A stretch of 64,000 bases of DNA, taken from contig CM082584.2 of assembly GCA_040954595.2 (NCBI GenBank), positions 11,498,552-11,562,551 of the forward strand, given 5' to 3'. Source of the stretch: Balanoglossus misakiensis. Its lineage: Eukaryota; Animalia; Hemichordata. The position numbers were made by a program, and so were the translations under genes. A model generated the notes under the pieces. The model was not told where the DNA came from, did not search any database, and worked only from the letters and a program-made list of their open reading frames with translations. Positions 36,788-51,700 of this stretch are shown piece by piece; position 1 is the stretch's first letter, and each line of letters starts with the position of its first letter.

Positions 36788-39700
36788 TTTTGATATTTCG
36801 CAAAGTCGAAAAATTGTCATTTCTGGACGATTTTCATGGGCTATAACCCATGGTTTTTTAAAAAAAAATGAAGAAATTTTGATATCCCGCAAAGTCGAAA
36901 AATTGTCATTTCTGGACGATTTTCATGGGCTATAACCCATGGTTTTTTCAAAAAAATGAAGAAATTTTGATATCTCGCAAAGTCGAAAAATTGTCATTTC
37001 TGGACGATTTTCATGGGCTATAACCCATGGTTTTTTCAAAAAAATGAAGAAATTTTGATATCTCGCAAAGTCGAAAAATTGTCATTTCTGGACGATTTTC
37101 ATGGGCTATAACCCATGGTTTTTTCAAAAAAATGAAGAAATTTTGATATCTCGCAAAGTCGAAAAATTGTCATTTCTGGACGATTTTCATGGGCTATAAC
37201 CCATGGTTTTTTCAAAAAAATGAAGAAATTTTGATATCTCGCAAAGTCGAAAAATTGTCATTTCTGGACGATTTTCATGGGCTATAACCCATGGTTTTTT
37301 CAAAAAAATGAAGAAATTTTGATATCTCGTAAAGTCGAAAAATTGTCATTTCTGGACGATTTTCATGGGCTATAACCCATGGTTTTTTCAAAAAAATGAA
37401 GAAATTTTGATATCTCGCAAAGTCGAAAAATTGTCATTTCTGGACGATTTTCATGGGCTATAACCCATGGTTTTTTCAAAAAAAATGAAGAAATTTTGAT
37501 ATCTCGCAAAGTCGAAAAATTGTCATTTCTGGACGATTTTCATGGGCTATAACCCATGGTTTTTTCAAAAAAAATGAAGAAATTTTGATATCTCGCAAAG
37601 TCGAAAAATTGTCATTTCTGGACGATTTTCATGGGCTATAACCCGTGGTTTTTTCAAAAAAATGAAGAAATTTTGATATCTCGCAAAGTCGAAAAATTGT
37701 CATTTCTGGACGATTTTCATGGGCTATAACCCGTGGTTTTTTCAAAAAAATGAAGAAATTTTGATATCTCGCAAAGTCGAAAAATTGTCATTTCTGGACG
37801 ATTTTCATGGGCTATAACCCGTGGTTTTTTCAAAAAAATGAAGAAATTTTGATATCTCGCAAAGTCGAAAAATTGTCATTTCTGGACGATTTTCATGGGC
37901 TATAACCCGTGGTTTTTTCAAAAAAATGAAGAAATTTTGATATCTCGCAAAGTCGAAAAATTGTCATTTCTGGACGATTTTCATGGGCTATAACCCATGG
38001 TTTTTTCAAAAAAATGAAGAAATTTTGATATCTCGCAAAGTCGAAAAATTGTCATTTCTGGACGATTTTCATGGGCTATAACCCATGGTTTTTTCAAAAA
38101 AATGAAGAAATTTTGATATCTCGCAAAGTCGAAAAATTGTCATTTCTGGACGATTTTCATGGGCTATAACCCATGGTTTTTTCAAAAAAATGAAGAAATT
38201 TTGATATCTCGCAAAGTCGAAAAATTGTCATTTCTGGACGATTTTCATGGGCTATAACCCATGGTTTTTTCAAAAAAATGAAGAAATTTTGATATCTCGC
38301 AAAGTCGAAAAATTGTCATTTCTGGACGATTTTCATGGGCTATAACCCATGGTTTTTTCAAAAAAATGAAGAAATTTTGATATCTCGCAAAGTCGAAAAA
38401 TTGTCATTTCTGGACGATTTTCATGGGCTATAACCCATGGTTTTTTCAAAAAAATGAAGAAATTTTGATATCCCGCAAAGTCGAATTGATATCCCGCAAA
38501 GTCGAAAAATGTCATTTTCGGACGATTTTCATGGGCTATAACCCATGGTTTTTTCAAAAAAATGAAAGACTATTTTGATATCCTTCCGCAAATGTCGAAA
38601 AATTGTCATTCTGGACGATTTTCATGGGCTATAACCCATGGTTTTTCAAAAAAATGAGAAATTTTGATATCCCGCAAAGTCGAAAATTGTCATTTCTGAC
38701 GATTTCATGGCTATAACCCATGTTTTTTCAAAATAATGAAGAAATTTTGATACTCGCAAAGTCGAAAAATTGTCATTTCTGGACGATTTTCATGGGCTAT
38801 AACCCATGGTTTTTTCAAAAAAATGAAGAAATTTTGATATCTCGCAAAGTCGAAAATTGTCATTTCTGGACGATTTTCATGGGCTATAACCCATGGTTTT
38901 TTCAAAAAATGAAGAAATTTTGATATCTCGCAAAGTCGAAAAATTGTCATTTCTGGACGATTTCATGGGCTATAACCCATGGTTTTTTCAAAAAAATGAA
39001 GAAATTTGATATCTCGCAAAGTCGAAAAATTGTCATTTCTGGACGATTTTCATGGGCTATAACCCATGGTTTTTTCAAAAAAATGAAGAAATTTTGATAT
39101 CTCGCAAAGTCGAAAAATTGTCATTTCTGGACGATTTTCATGGGCTATAACCCATGGTTTTTTTCAAAAAAATGAAGAAATTTTGATATCTCGCAAAGTC
39201 GAAAAATTGTCATTTCTGGACGATTTTCATGGGCTATAACCCATGGTTTTTTCAAAAAAATGAAGAAATTTTGATATCTCGCAAAGTCGAAAAATTGTCA
39301 TTTCTGGACGATTTCATGGGCTATAACCCATGGTTTTTCAAAAAATGAAGAAATTTTGATATCCCGCAAGTCGAAAAAATGTCATTTCTGGACGATTTTC
39401 ATGGGCTATACCCATGGTTTTTTCAAAAAAATGAAGAAATTTTGATATCTCGCAAAGTCGAAAAATTGTCATTTCTGGACGATTTTCATGGGCTATAACC
39501 CATGGTTTTTTCAAAAAAATGAAGAAATTTTGATATCTCGCAAAGTCGAAAAATTGTCATTTCTGGACGATTTTCATGGGCTATAACCCATGGTTTTTTC
39601 AAAAAAATGAAGAAATTTTGATATCTCGCAAAGTCGAAAAATTGTCATTTCTGGACGATTTTCATGGGCTATAACCCATGGTTTTTCAAAAAAATGAAGA

Positions 39701-42700
39701 AATTTTGATATCTCGCAAAGTCGAAAAATTGTCATTTCTGGACGATTTTCATGGGCTATAACCCATGGTTTTTTCAAAAAAATGAAGAAATTTTGATATC
39801 TCGCAAAGTCGAAAAATTGTCATTTCTGGACGATTTTCATGGGCTATAACCCATGGTTTTTTCAAAAAATGAAGAAATTTTGATATCTCGCAAAGTCGAA
39901 AAATTGTCATTTCTGGACGATTTTCATGGGCTATAACCCATGGTTTTTTTCAAAAAAATGAAGAAATTTTGATATCTCGCAAAGTCGAAAATTGTCATTT
40001 CTGGACGATTTTCATGGGCTATAACCCATGGTTTTTTCAAAAAAATGAAGAAATTTTGATATCTCGCAAAGTCGAAAAATTGTCATTTCTGGACGATTTT
40101 CATGGGCTATAACCCATGGTTTTTTCAAAAAAATGAAGAAATTTTGATATCTCGCAAAGTCGAAAAATTGTCATTTCTGGACGATTTTCATGGGCTATAA
40201 CCCATGGTTTTTTCAAAAAAATGAAGAAATTTTGATATCTCGCAAAGTCGAAAAATTGTCATTTCTGGACGATTTTCATGGGCTATAACCCATGGTTTTT
40301 TCAAAAAAATGAAGAAATTTTGATATCTCGCAAAGTCGAAAAATTGTCATTTCTGGACGATTTTCATGGGCTATAACCCATGGTTTTTCAAAAAAATGAA
40401 GAAATTTTGATATCTCGCAAAGTCGAAAAATTGTCATTTCTGGACGATTTTCATGGGCTATAACCCATGTTTTTTCAAAAAAATGAAGAAATTTTGATAT
40501 CTCGCAAAGTCGAAAAATTGTCATTTCTGGACGATTTTCATGGGCTATAACCCATGGTTTTTTCAAAAAAATGAAGAAATTTTGATATCTCGCAAAGTCG
40601 AAAAATTGTCATTTCTGGACGATTTTCATGGGCTATAACCCATGGTTTTTTCAAAAAAATGAAGAAATTTTGATATCTCGCAAAGTCGAAAAATTGTCAT
40701 TTCTGGACGATTTTCATGGGCTATAACCCATGGTTTTTTCAAAAAAATGAAGAAATTTTGATATCTCGCAAAGTCGAAAAATTGTCATTTCTGGACGATT
40801 TTCATGGGCTATAACCCATGGTTTTTTTCAAAAAAATGAAGAAATTTTGATATCTCGCAAAGTCGAAAAATTGTCATTTCTGGACGATTTTCATGGGCTA
40901 TAACCCATGGTTTTTTCAAAAAAATGAAGAAATTTTGATAACTCGCAAAGTCGAAAATTGTCATTTCTGGACGATTTTCATGGGCTATAACCCATGGTTT
41001 TTTCAAAAAAATGAAGAAATTTTGATATCTCGCAAAGTCGAAAAATTGTCATTTCTGGACGATTTTCATGGGCTATAACCCATGGTTTTTTCAAAAAAAT
41101 GAAGAAATTTTGATATCTCGCAAAGTCGAAAATTGTCATTTCTGGACGATTTTCATGGGCTATAACCCATGGTTTTTTCAAAAAAAATGAAGAAATTTTG
41201 ATATCTCGCAAAGTCGAAAAATTGTCATTTCTGGACGATTTTCATGGGCTATAACCCATGGTTTTTTCAAAAAATGAAGAAATTTGATATCTCGCAAAGT
41301 CGAAAAATTGTCATTTCTGGACGATTTTCATGGGCTATAACCCATGGTTTTTTCAAAAAAATGAAGAAATTTTGATATCTCGCAAAGTCAAAAAATTGTC
41401 ATTTCTGGACGATTTCATGGGCTATAACCCATGGTTTTTTCAAAAAAATGAAGAAATTTTGATATCTCGCAAAGTCGAAAAATTGTCATTTCTGGACGAT
41501 TTTCATGGGCTATAACCCATGGTTTTTTCAAAAAAATGAAGAAATTTTGATATCTCGCAAAGTCGAAAAATTGTCATTTCTGGACGATTTTCATGGGCTA
41601 TAACCCATGGTTTTTTTCAAAAAAATGAAGAAATTTTGATATCTCGCAAAGTCGAAAAATTGTCATTTCTGGACGATTTTCATGGGCTATAACCATGGTT
41701 TTTTCAAAAAATGAAGAAATTTTGATATCTCGCAAAGTCGAAAAATTGTCATTTCTGGACGATTTTCATGGGCTATAACCCATGGTTTTTTCAAAAAAAT
41801 GAAGAAATTTTGATATCTCGCAAAGTCGAAAAATTGTCATTTCTGGACGATTTTCATGGGCTATAACCCATGGTTTTTTCAAAAAAATGAAGAAATTTTG
41901 ATATCTCGCAAAGTCGAAAAATTGTCATTTCTGGACGATTTTCATGGGCTATAACCCATGGGTTTTTTCAAAAAAATGAAGAAATTTTGATATCTCGCAA
42001 AGTCGAAAAATTGTCATTTCTGGACGATTTTCATGGGCTATAACCCATGGTTTTTTCAAAAAAATGAAGAAATTTTGATATCTCGCAAAGTCGAAAAATT
42101 GTCATTTCTGGACGATTTTCATGGGCTATAACCCATGGTTTTTTCAAAAAAATGAAGAAATTTTGATATCTCGCAAAGTCGAAAAATTGTCATTTCTGGA
42201 CGATTTCATGGGCTATAACCCATGGTTTTTTCAAAAAAATGAAGAAATTTTGATATCTCGCAAAGTCGAAAAATTGTCATTTCTGGACGATTTTCATGGG
42301 CTATAACCCATGGTTTTTTCAAAAAAATGAAGAAATTTTGATATCTCGCAAAGTCGAAAAATTGTCATTTCTGGACGATTTTCATGGGCTATAACCCATG
42401 GTTTTTTCAAAAAAATGAAGAAATTTTGATATCTCGCAAAGTCGAAAAATTGTCATTTCTGGACGATTTCATGGGCTATAACCCATGGTTTTTCAAAAAA
42501 TGAAGAAATTTTGATATCTCGCAAAGTCGAAAAATTGTCATTTCTGGACGATTTTCATGGGCTATAACCCATGGTTTTTTCAAAAAAATGAAGAAATTTT
42601 GATATCTCGCAAAGTCGAAAAATTGTCATTTCTGGACGATTTTCATGGGCTATAACCCATGGTTTTTTCAAAAAAATGAAGAAATTTGATATCTCGCAAA

Positions 42701-45700
42701 AGTCGAAAAATTGTCATTTCTGGACGATTTTCATGGGCTATAACCATGGTTTTTTCAAAAAATGAAGAAATTTTGATATCTCGCAAAGTCGAAAAATTGT
42801 CATTTCTGGACGATTTTCATGGGCTATAACCCATGGGTTTTTTCAAAAAAATGAAGAAATTTTGATATCTCGCAAAGTCGAAAAATTGTCATTTCTGGAC
42901 GATTTTCATGGGCTATAACCCATGGTTTTTTCAAAAAAATGAAGAAATTTTGATATCTCGCAAAGTCGAAAAATTGTCATTTCTGGACGATTTTCATGGG
43001 CTATAACCCATGGTTTTTTCAAAAAAATGAAGAAATTTTGATATCTCGCAAAGTCGAAAAATTGTCATTTCTGGACGATTTTCATGGGCTATAACCCATG
43101 GTTTTTTCAAAAAAATGAAGAAATTTTGATATCTCGCAAAGTCGAAAAATTGTCATTTCTGGACGATTTTCATGGGCTATAACCCATGGTTTTTTCAAAA
43201 AAATGAAGAAATTTTGATATCTCGCAAAGTCGAAAAATTGTCATTTCTGGACGATTTTCATGGGCTATAACCCATGGTTTTTTCAAAAAAATGAAGAAAT
43301 TTTGATATCTCGCAAAGTCGAAAAATTGTCATTTCTGGACGATTTTCATGGGCTATAACCATGGTTTTTTCAAAAAAATGAAGAAATTTTGATATCTCGC
43401 AAAGTCGAAAAATTGTCATTTCTGGACGATTTTCATGGGCTATAACCCATGGTTTTTTCAAAAAAATGAAGAAATTTTGATATCTCGCAAAGTCGAAAAA
43501 TTGTCATTTCTGGACGATTTTCATGGGCTATAACCCATGGTTTTTTCAAAAAAATGAAGAAATTTTGATATCTCGCAAAGTCGAAAAATTGTCATTTCTG
43601 GACGATTTTCATGGGCTATAACCCATGGTTTTTTCAAAAAAATGAAGAAATTTTGATATCTCGCAAAGTCGAAAAATTGTCATTTCTGGACGATTTTCAT
43701 GGGCTATAACCCATGGTTTTTTCAAAAAAATGAAGAAATTTTGATATCCGCAAAGTCGAAAAATTGTCATTTCTGGACGATTTCATGGGCTATAACCCAT
43801 GGTTTTTTCAAAAAAATGAAGAAATTTTGATATCTCGCAAAGTCGAAAAATTGTCATTTCTGGACGATTTTCATGGGCTATAACCCATGGTTTTTTCAAA
43901 AAAATGAAGAAATTTTGATATCTCGCAAAGTCGAAAAATTGTCATTTCTGGACGATTTTCATGGGCTATAACCCATGGTTTTTTCAAAAAAATGAAGAAA
44001 TTTTGATATCTCGCAAAGTCGAAAAATTGTCATTTCTGGACGATTTTCATGGGCTATAACCCATGGTTTTTTCAAAAAAATGAAGAAATTTTGATATCTC
44101 GCAAAGTCGAAAAATTGTCATTTCTGGACGATTTTCATGGGCTATAACCCATGGTTTTTTCAAAAAAATGAAGAAATTTTGATATCTCGCAAAGTCGAAA
44201 AATTGTCATTTCTGGACGATTTTCATGGGCTATAACCCATGGTTTTTTCAAAAAATGAAGAAATTTTGATATCTCGCAAAGTCGAAAAATTGTCATTTCT
44301 GGACGATTTTCATGGGCTATAACCCATGGTTTTTTCAAAAAAAATGAAGAAATTTTGATATCTCGCAAAGTCGAAAAATTGTCATTTCTGGACGATTTTC
44401 ATGGGCTATAACCCATGGTTTTTTCAAAAAAATGAAGAAATTTTGATATCTCGCAAAGTCGAAAAATTGTCATTTCTGGACGATTTTCATGGGCTATAAC
44501 CCATGGTTTTTTCAAAAAAATGAAGAAATTTTGATATCTCGCAAAGTCGAAAAATTGTCATTTCTGGACGATTTTCATGGGCTATAACCCATGGTTTTTT
44601 CAAAAAAATGAAGAAATTTTGATATCTCGCAAAGTCGAAAAATTGTCATTTCTGGACGATTTTCATGGGCTATAACCCATGGTTTTTTCAAAAAAATGAA
44701 GAAATTTTGATATCTCGCAAAGTCGAAAAATTGTCATTTCTGGACGATTTTCATGGGCTATAACCCATGGTTTTTTCAAAAAAATGAAGAAATTTTGATA
44801 TCTCGCAAAGTCGAAAAATTGTCATTTCTGGACGATTTTCATGGGCTATAACCCATGGTTTTTTCAAAAAAATGAAGAAATTTTGATATCTCGCAAAGTC
44901 GAAAAATTGTCATTTCTGGACGATTTTCATGGGCTATAACCCATGGTTTTTTCAAAAAAATGAAGAAATTTTGATATCTCGCAAAGTCGAAAATTGTCAT
45001 TTCTGGACGATTTTCATGGGCTATAACCCATGGTTTTTTCAAAAAAATGAAGAAATTTTGATATCTCGCAAAGTCGAAAAATTGTCATTTCTGGACGATT
45101 TTCATGGGCTATAACCCATGGTTTTTTCAAAAAAATGAAGAAATTTTGATATCCCGCAAAGTCGAAAAATTGTCATTTCTGGACGATTTTCATGGGCTAT
45201 AACCCATGGTTTTTTCAAAAAAATGAAGAAATTTTGATATCCCGCAAAGTCGAAAAATTGTCATTTCTGGACGATTTTCATGGGCTATAACCCATGGTTT
45301 TTTCAAAAAAATGAAGAAATTTTGATATCTCGCAAAGTCGAAAAATTGTCATTTCTGGACGATTTTCATGGGCTATAACCCATGGTTTTTTCAAAAAAAT
45401 GAAGAAATTTTGATATCTCGCAAAGTCGAAAAATTGTCATTTCTGGACGATTTTCATGGGCTATAACCCATGGTTTTTTCAAAAAAATGAAGAAATTTTG
45501 ATATCTCGCAAAGTCGAAAAATTGTCATTTCTGGACGATTTTCATGGGCTATAACCCATGGTTTTTTCAAAAAAATGAAGAAATTTTGATATCTCGCAAA
45601 GTCGAAAAATTGTCATTTCTGGACGATTTTCATGGGCTATAACCCATGGTTTTTTCAAAAAAATGAAGAAATTTTGATATCTCGCAAAGTCGAAAAATTG

Positions 45701-48700
45701 TCATTTCTGGACGATTTTCATGGGCTATAACCCATGGTTTTTTCAAAAAAATGAAGAAATTTTGATATCTCGCAAAGTCGAAAAATTGTCATTTCTGGAC
45801 GATTTTCATGGGCTATAACCCATGGTTTTTTCAAAAAAATGAAGAAATTTTGATATCTCGCAAAGTCGAAAAATTGTCATTTCTGGACGATTTTCATGGG
45901 CTATAACCCATGGTTTTTTCAAAAAAATGAAGAAATTTTGATATCCCGCAAAGTCGAAAAATTGTCATTTCTGGACGATTTTCATGGGCTATAACCCATG
46001 GTTTTTTCAAAAAAATGAAGAAATTTTGATATCCCGCAAAGTCGAAAAATTGTCATTTCTGGACGATTTTCATGGGCTATAACCCATGGTTTTTTCAAAA
46101 AAATGAAGAAATTTTGATATCTCGCAAAGTCGAAAAATTGTCATTTCTGGACGATTTTCATGGGCTATAACCCATGGTTTTTTCAAAAAAATGAAGAAAT
46201 TTTGATATCTCGCAAAGTCGAAAAATTGTCATTTCTGGACGATTTTCATGGGCTATAACCCATGGTTTTTTCAAAAAAATGAAGAAATTTTGATATCTCG
46301 CAAAGTCGAAAAATTGTCATTTCTGGACGATTTTCATGGGCTATAACCCATGGTTTTTTCAAAAAAATGAAGAAATTTTGATATCTCGCAAAGTCGAAAA
46401 ATTGTCATTTCTGGACGATTTTCATGGGCTATAACCCATGGTTTTTTCAAAAAATGAAGAAATTTTGATATCTCGCAAAGTCGAAAAATTGTCATTTCTG
46501 GACGATTTTCATGGGCTATAACCCATGGTTTTTTCAAAAAAATGAAGAAATTTTGATATCTCGCAAAGTCGAAAAATTGTCATTTCTGGACGATTTTCAT
46601 GGGCTATAACCCATGGTTTTTTCAAAAAAATGAAGAAATTTTGATATCTCGCAAAGTCGAAAAATTGTCATTTCTGGACGATTTTCATGGGCTATAACCC
46701 ATGGTTTTTTCAAAAAAATGAAGAAATTTTGATATCCCGCAAAGTCGAAAAATTGTCATTTCTGGACGATTTTCATGGGCTATAACCCATGGTTTTTTCA
46801 AAAAAATGAAGAAATTTTGATATCCCGCAAAGTCGAAAAATTGTCATTTCTGGACGATTTTCATGGGCTATAACCCATGGTTTTTTCAAAAAAATGAAGA
46901 AATTTTGATATCTCGCAAAGTCGAAAAATTGTCATTTCTGGACGATTTTCATGGGCTATAACCCATGGTTTTTTCAAAAAAATGAAGAAATTTTGATATC
47001 TCGCAAAGTCGAAAAATTGTCATTTCTGGACGATTTTCATGGGCTATAACCCATGTTTTTTTCAAAAAAATGAAGAAATTTTGATATCTCGCAAAGTCGA
47101 AAAATTGTCATTTCTGGACGATTTTCATGGGCTATAACCCATGGTTTTTTCAAAAAAATGAAGAAATTTTGATATCTCGCAAAGTCGAAAAATTGTCATT
47201 TCTGGACGATTTTCATGGGCTATAACCCATGGTTTTTTCAAAAAAATGAAGAAATTTTGATATCTCGCAAAGTCGAAAAATTGTCATTTCTGGACGATTT
47301 TCATGGGCTATAACCCATGGTTTTTTCAAAAAAATGAAGAAATTTTGATATCTCGCAAAGTCGAAAAATTGTCATTTCTGGACGATTTTCATGGGCTATA
47401 ACCCATGGTTTTTTCAAAAAAATGAAGAAATTTTGATATCTCGCAAAGTCGAAAAATTGTCATTTCTGGACGATTTTCATGGGCTATAACCCATGGTTTT
47501 TTCAAAAAAATGAAGAAATTTTGATATCTCGCAAAGTCGAAAAATTGTCATTTCTGGACGATTTTCATGGGCTATAACCCATGGTTTTTTCAAAAAAATG
47601 AAGAAATTTTGATATCCCGCAAAGTCGAAAAATTGTCATTTCTGGACGATTTTCATGGGCTATAACCCATGGTTTTTTCAAAAAAATGAAGAAATTTTGA
47701 TATCCCGCAAAGTCGAAAAATTGTCATTTCTGGACGATTTTCATGGGCTATAACCCATGGTTTTTTCAAAAAAATGAAGAAATTTTGATATCCCGCAAAG
47801 TCGAAAAATTGTCATTTCTGGACGATTTTCATGGGCTATAACCCATGGTTTTTTCAAAAAAATGAAGAAATTTTGATATCTCGCAAAGTCGAAAAATTGT
47901 CATTTCTGGACGATTTTCATGGGCTATAACCCATGGTTTTTTCAAAAAAATGAAGAAATTTTGATATCTCGCAAAGTCGAAAAATTGTCATTTCTGGACG
48001 ATTTTCATGGGCTATAACCCATGGTTTTTTCAAAAAAATGAAGAAATTTTGATATCTCGCAAAGTCGAAAAATTGTCATTTCTGGACGATTTTCATGGGC
48101 TATAACCCATGGTTTTTTCAAAAAAATGAAGAAATTTTGATATCTCGCAAAGTCGAAAAATTGTCATTTCTGGACGATTTTCATGGGCTATAACCCATGG
48201 TTTTTTCAAAAAAATGAAGAAATTTTGATATCTCGCAAAGTCGAAAAATTGTCATTTCTGGACGATTTTCATGGGCTATAACCCATGGTTTTTTCAAAAA
48301 AATGAAGAAATTTTGATATCTCGCAAAGTCGAAAAATTGTCATTTCTGGACGATTTTCATGGGCTATAACCCATGGTTTTTTCAAAAAAATGAAGAAATT
48401 TTGATATCCCGCAAAGTCGAAAAATTGTCATTTCTGGACGATTTTCATGGGCTATAACCCATGGTTTTTTCAAAAAAATGAAGAAATTTTGATATCCCGC
48501 AAAGTCGAAAAATTGTCATTTCTGGACGATTTTCATGGGCTATAACCCATGGTTTTTTCAAAAAAATGAAGAAATTTTGATATCTCGCAAAGTCGAAAAA
48601 TTGTCATTTCTGGACGATTTTCATGGGCTATAACCCATGGTTTTTTCAAAAAAATGAAGAAATTTTGATATCTCGCAAAGTCGAAAAATTGTCATTTCTG

Positions 48701-51700
48701 GACGATTTTCATGGGCTATAACCCATGGTTTTTTCAAAAAAATGAAGAAATTTTGATATCTCGCAAAGTCGAAAAATTGTCATTTCTGGACGATTTTCAT
48801 GGGCTATAACCCATGGTTTTTTCAAAAAAATGAAGAAATTTTGATATCTCGCAAAGTCGAAAAATTGTCATTTCTGGACGATTTTCATGGGCTATAACCC
48901 ATGGTTTTTTCAAAAAAATGAAGAAATTTTGATATCTCGCAAAGTCGAAAAATTGTCATTTCTGGACGATTTTCATGGGCTATAACCCATGGTTTTTTCA
49001 AAAAAATGAAGAAATTTTGATATCTCGCAAAGTCGAAAAATTGTCATTTCTGGACGATTTTCATGGGCTATAACCCATGGTTTTTTCAAAAAAATGAAGA
49101 AATTTTGATATCTCGCAAAGTCGAAAAATTGTCATTTCTGGACGATTTTCATGGGCTATAACCCATGGTTTTTTCAAAAAAATGAAGAAATTTTGATATC
49201 CCGCAAAGTCGAAAAATTGTCATTTCTGGACGATTTTCATGGGCTATAACCCATGGTTTTTTCAAAAAAATGAAGAAATTTTGATATCCCGCAAAGTCGA
49301 AAAATTGTCATTTCTGGACGATTTTCATGGGCTATAACCCATGGTTTTTTCAAAAAAATGAAGAAATTTTGATATCCCGCAAAGTCGAAAAATTGTCATT
49401 TCTGGACGATTTTCATGGGCTATAACCCATGGTTTTTTAAAAAAAATGAAGAAATTTTGATATCTCGCAAAGTCGAAAAATTGTCATTTCTGGACGATTT
49501 TCATGGGCTATAACCCATGGTTTTTTCAAAAAAATGAAGAAATTTTGATATCTCGCAAAGTCGAAAAATTGTCATTTCTGGACGATTTTCATGGGCTATA
49601 ACCCATGGTTTTTTCAAAAAAATGAAGAAATTTTGATATCTCGCAAAGTCGAAAAATTGTCATTTCTGGACGATTTTCATGGGCTATAACCCATGGTTTT
49701 TTCAAAAAAATGAAGAAATTTTGATATCTCGCAAAGTCGAAAAATTGTCATTTCTGGACGATTTTCATGGGCTATAACCCATGGTTTTTTCAAAAAAATG
49801 AAGAAATTTTGATATCTCGCAAAGTCGAAAAATTGTCATTTCTGGACGATTTTCATGGGCTATAACCCATGGTTTTTTCAAAAAAATGAAGAAATTTTGA
49901 TATCTCGCAAAGTCGAAAAATTGTCATTTCTGGACGATTTTCATGGGCTATAACCCATGGTTTTTTCAAAAAAATGAAGAAATTTTGATATCTCGCAAAG
50001 TCGAAAAATTGTCATTTCTGGACGATTTTCATGGGCTATAACCCATGGTTTTTTCAAAAAAATGAAGAAATTTTGATATCTCGCAAAGTCGAAAAATTGT
50101 CATTTCTGGACGATTTTCATGGGCTATAACCCATGGTTTTTTCAAAAAAATGAAGAAATTTTGATATCTCGCAAAGTCGAAAAATTGTCATTTCTGGACG
50201 ATTTTCATGGGCTATAACCCATGGTTTTTTCAAAAAAATGAAGAAATTTTGATATCTCGCAAAGTCGAAAAATTGTCATTTCTGGACGATTTTCATGGGC
50301 TATAACCCATGGTTTTTTCAAAAAAATGAAGAAATTTTGATATCTCGCAAAGTCGAAAAATTGTCATTTCTGGACGATTTTCATGGGCTATAACCCATGG
50401 TTTTTTCAAAAAAATGAAGAAATTTTGATATCTCGCAAAGTCGAAAAATTGTCATTTCTGGACGATTTTCATGGGCTATAACCCATGGTTTTTTCAAAAA
50501 AATGAAGAAATTTTGATATCTCGCAAAGTCGAAAAATTGTCATTTCTGGACGATTTTCATGGGCTATAACCCATGGTTTTTTCAAAAAAATGAAGAAATT
50601 TTGATATCTCGCAAAGTCGAAAAATTGTCATTTCTGGACGATTTTCATGGGCTATAACCCATGGTTTTTTCAAAAAAATGAAGAAATTTTGATATCTCGC
50701 AAAGTCGAAAAATTGTCATTTCTGGACGATTTTCATGGGCTATAACCCATGGTTTTTTCAAAAAAATGAAGAAATTTTGATATCTCGCAAAGTCGAAAAA
50801 TTGTCATTTCTGGACGATTTTCATGGGCTATAACCCATGGTTTTTTCAAAAAAATGAAGAAATTTTGATATCTCGCAAAGTCGAAAAATTGTCATTTCTG
50901 GACGATTTTCATGGGCTATAACCCATGGTTTTTTCAAAAAAATGAAGAAATTTTGATATCTCGCAAAGTCGAAAAATTGTCATTTCTGGACGATTTTCAT
51001 GGGCTATAACCCATGGTTTTTTCAAAAAAATGAAGAAATTTTGATATCTCGCAAAGTCGAAAAATTGTCATTTCTGGACGATTTTCATGGGCTATAACCC
51101 ATGGTTTTTTCAAAAAAATGAAGAAATTTTGATATCTCGCAAAGTCGAAAAATTGTCATTTCTGGACGATTTTCATGGGCTATAACCCATGGTTTTTTCA
51201 AAAAAATGAAGAAATTTTGATATCTCGCAAAGTCGAAAAATTGTCATTTTCTGGACGATTTTCATGGGCTATAACCCATGGTTTTTTCAAAAAAATGAAG
51301 AAATTTTGATATCTCGCAAAGTCGAAAAATTGTCATTTCTGGACGATTTTCATGGGCTATAACCCATGGTTTTTTCAAAAAAATGAAGAAATTTTGATAT
51401 CTCGCAAAGTCGAAAAATTGTCATTTCTGGACGATTTTCATGGGCTATAACCCATGGTTTTTTCAAAAAAATGAAGAAATTTTGATATCTCGCAAAGTCG
51501 AAAAATTGTCATTTCTGGACGATTTTCATGGGCTATAACCCATGGTTTTTTCAAAAAAATGAAGAAATTTTGATATCTCGCAAAGTCGAAAAATTGTCAT
51601 TTCTGGACGATTTTCATGGGCTATAACCCATGGTTTTTTCAAAAAAATGAAGAAATTTTGATATCTCGCAAAGTCGAAAAATTGTCATTTCTGGACGATT

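Noticed and set aside
36248-36935. Long ORFs MYVC/HTYI
   Set aside because: Translations of the (TATG)n microsatellite.
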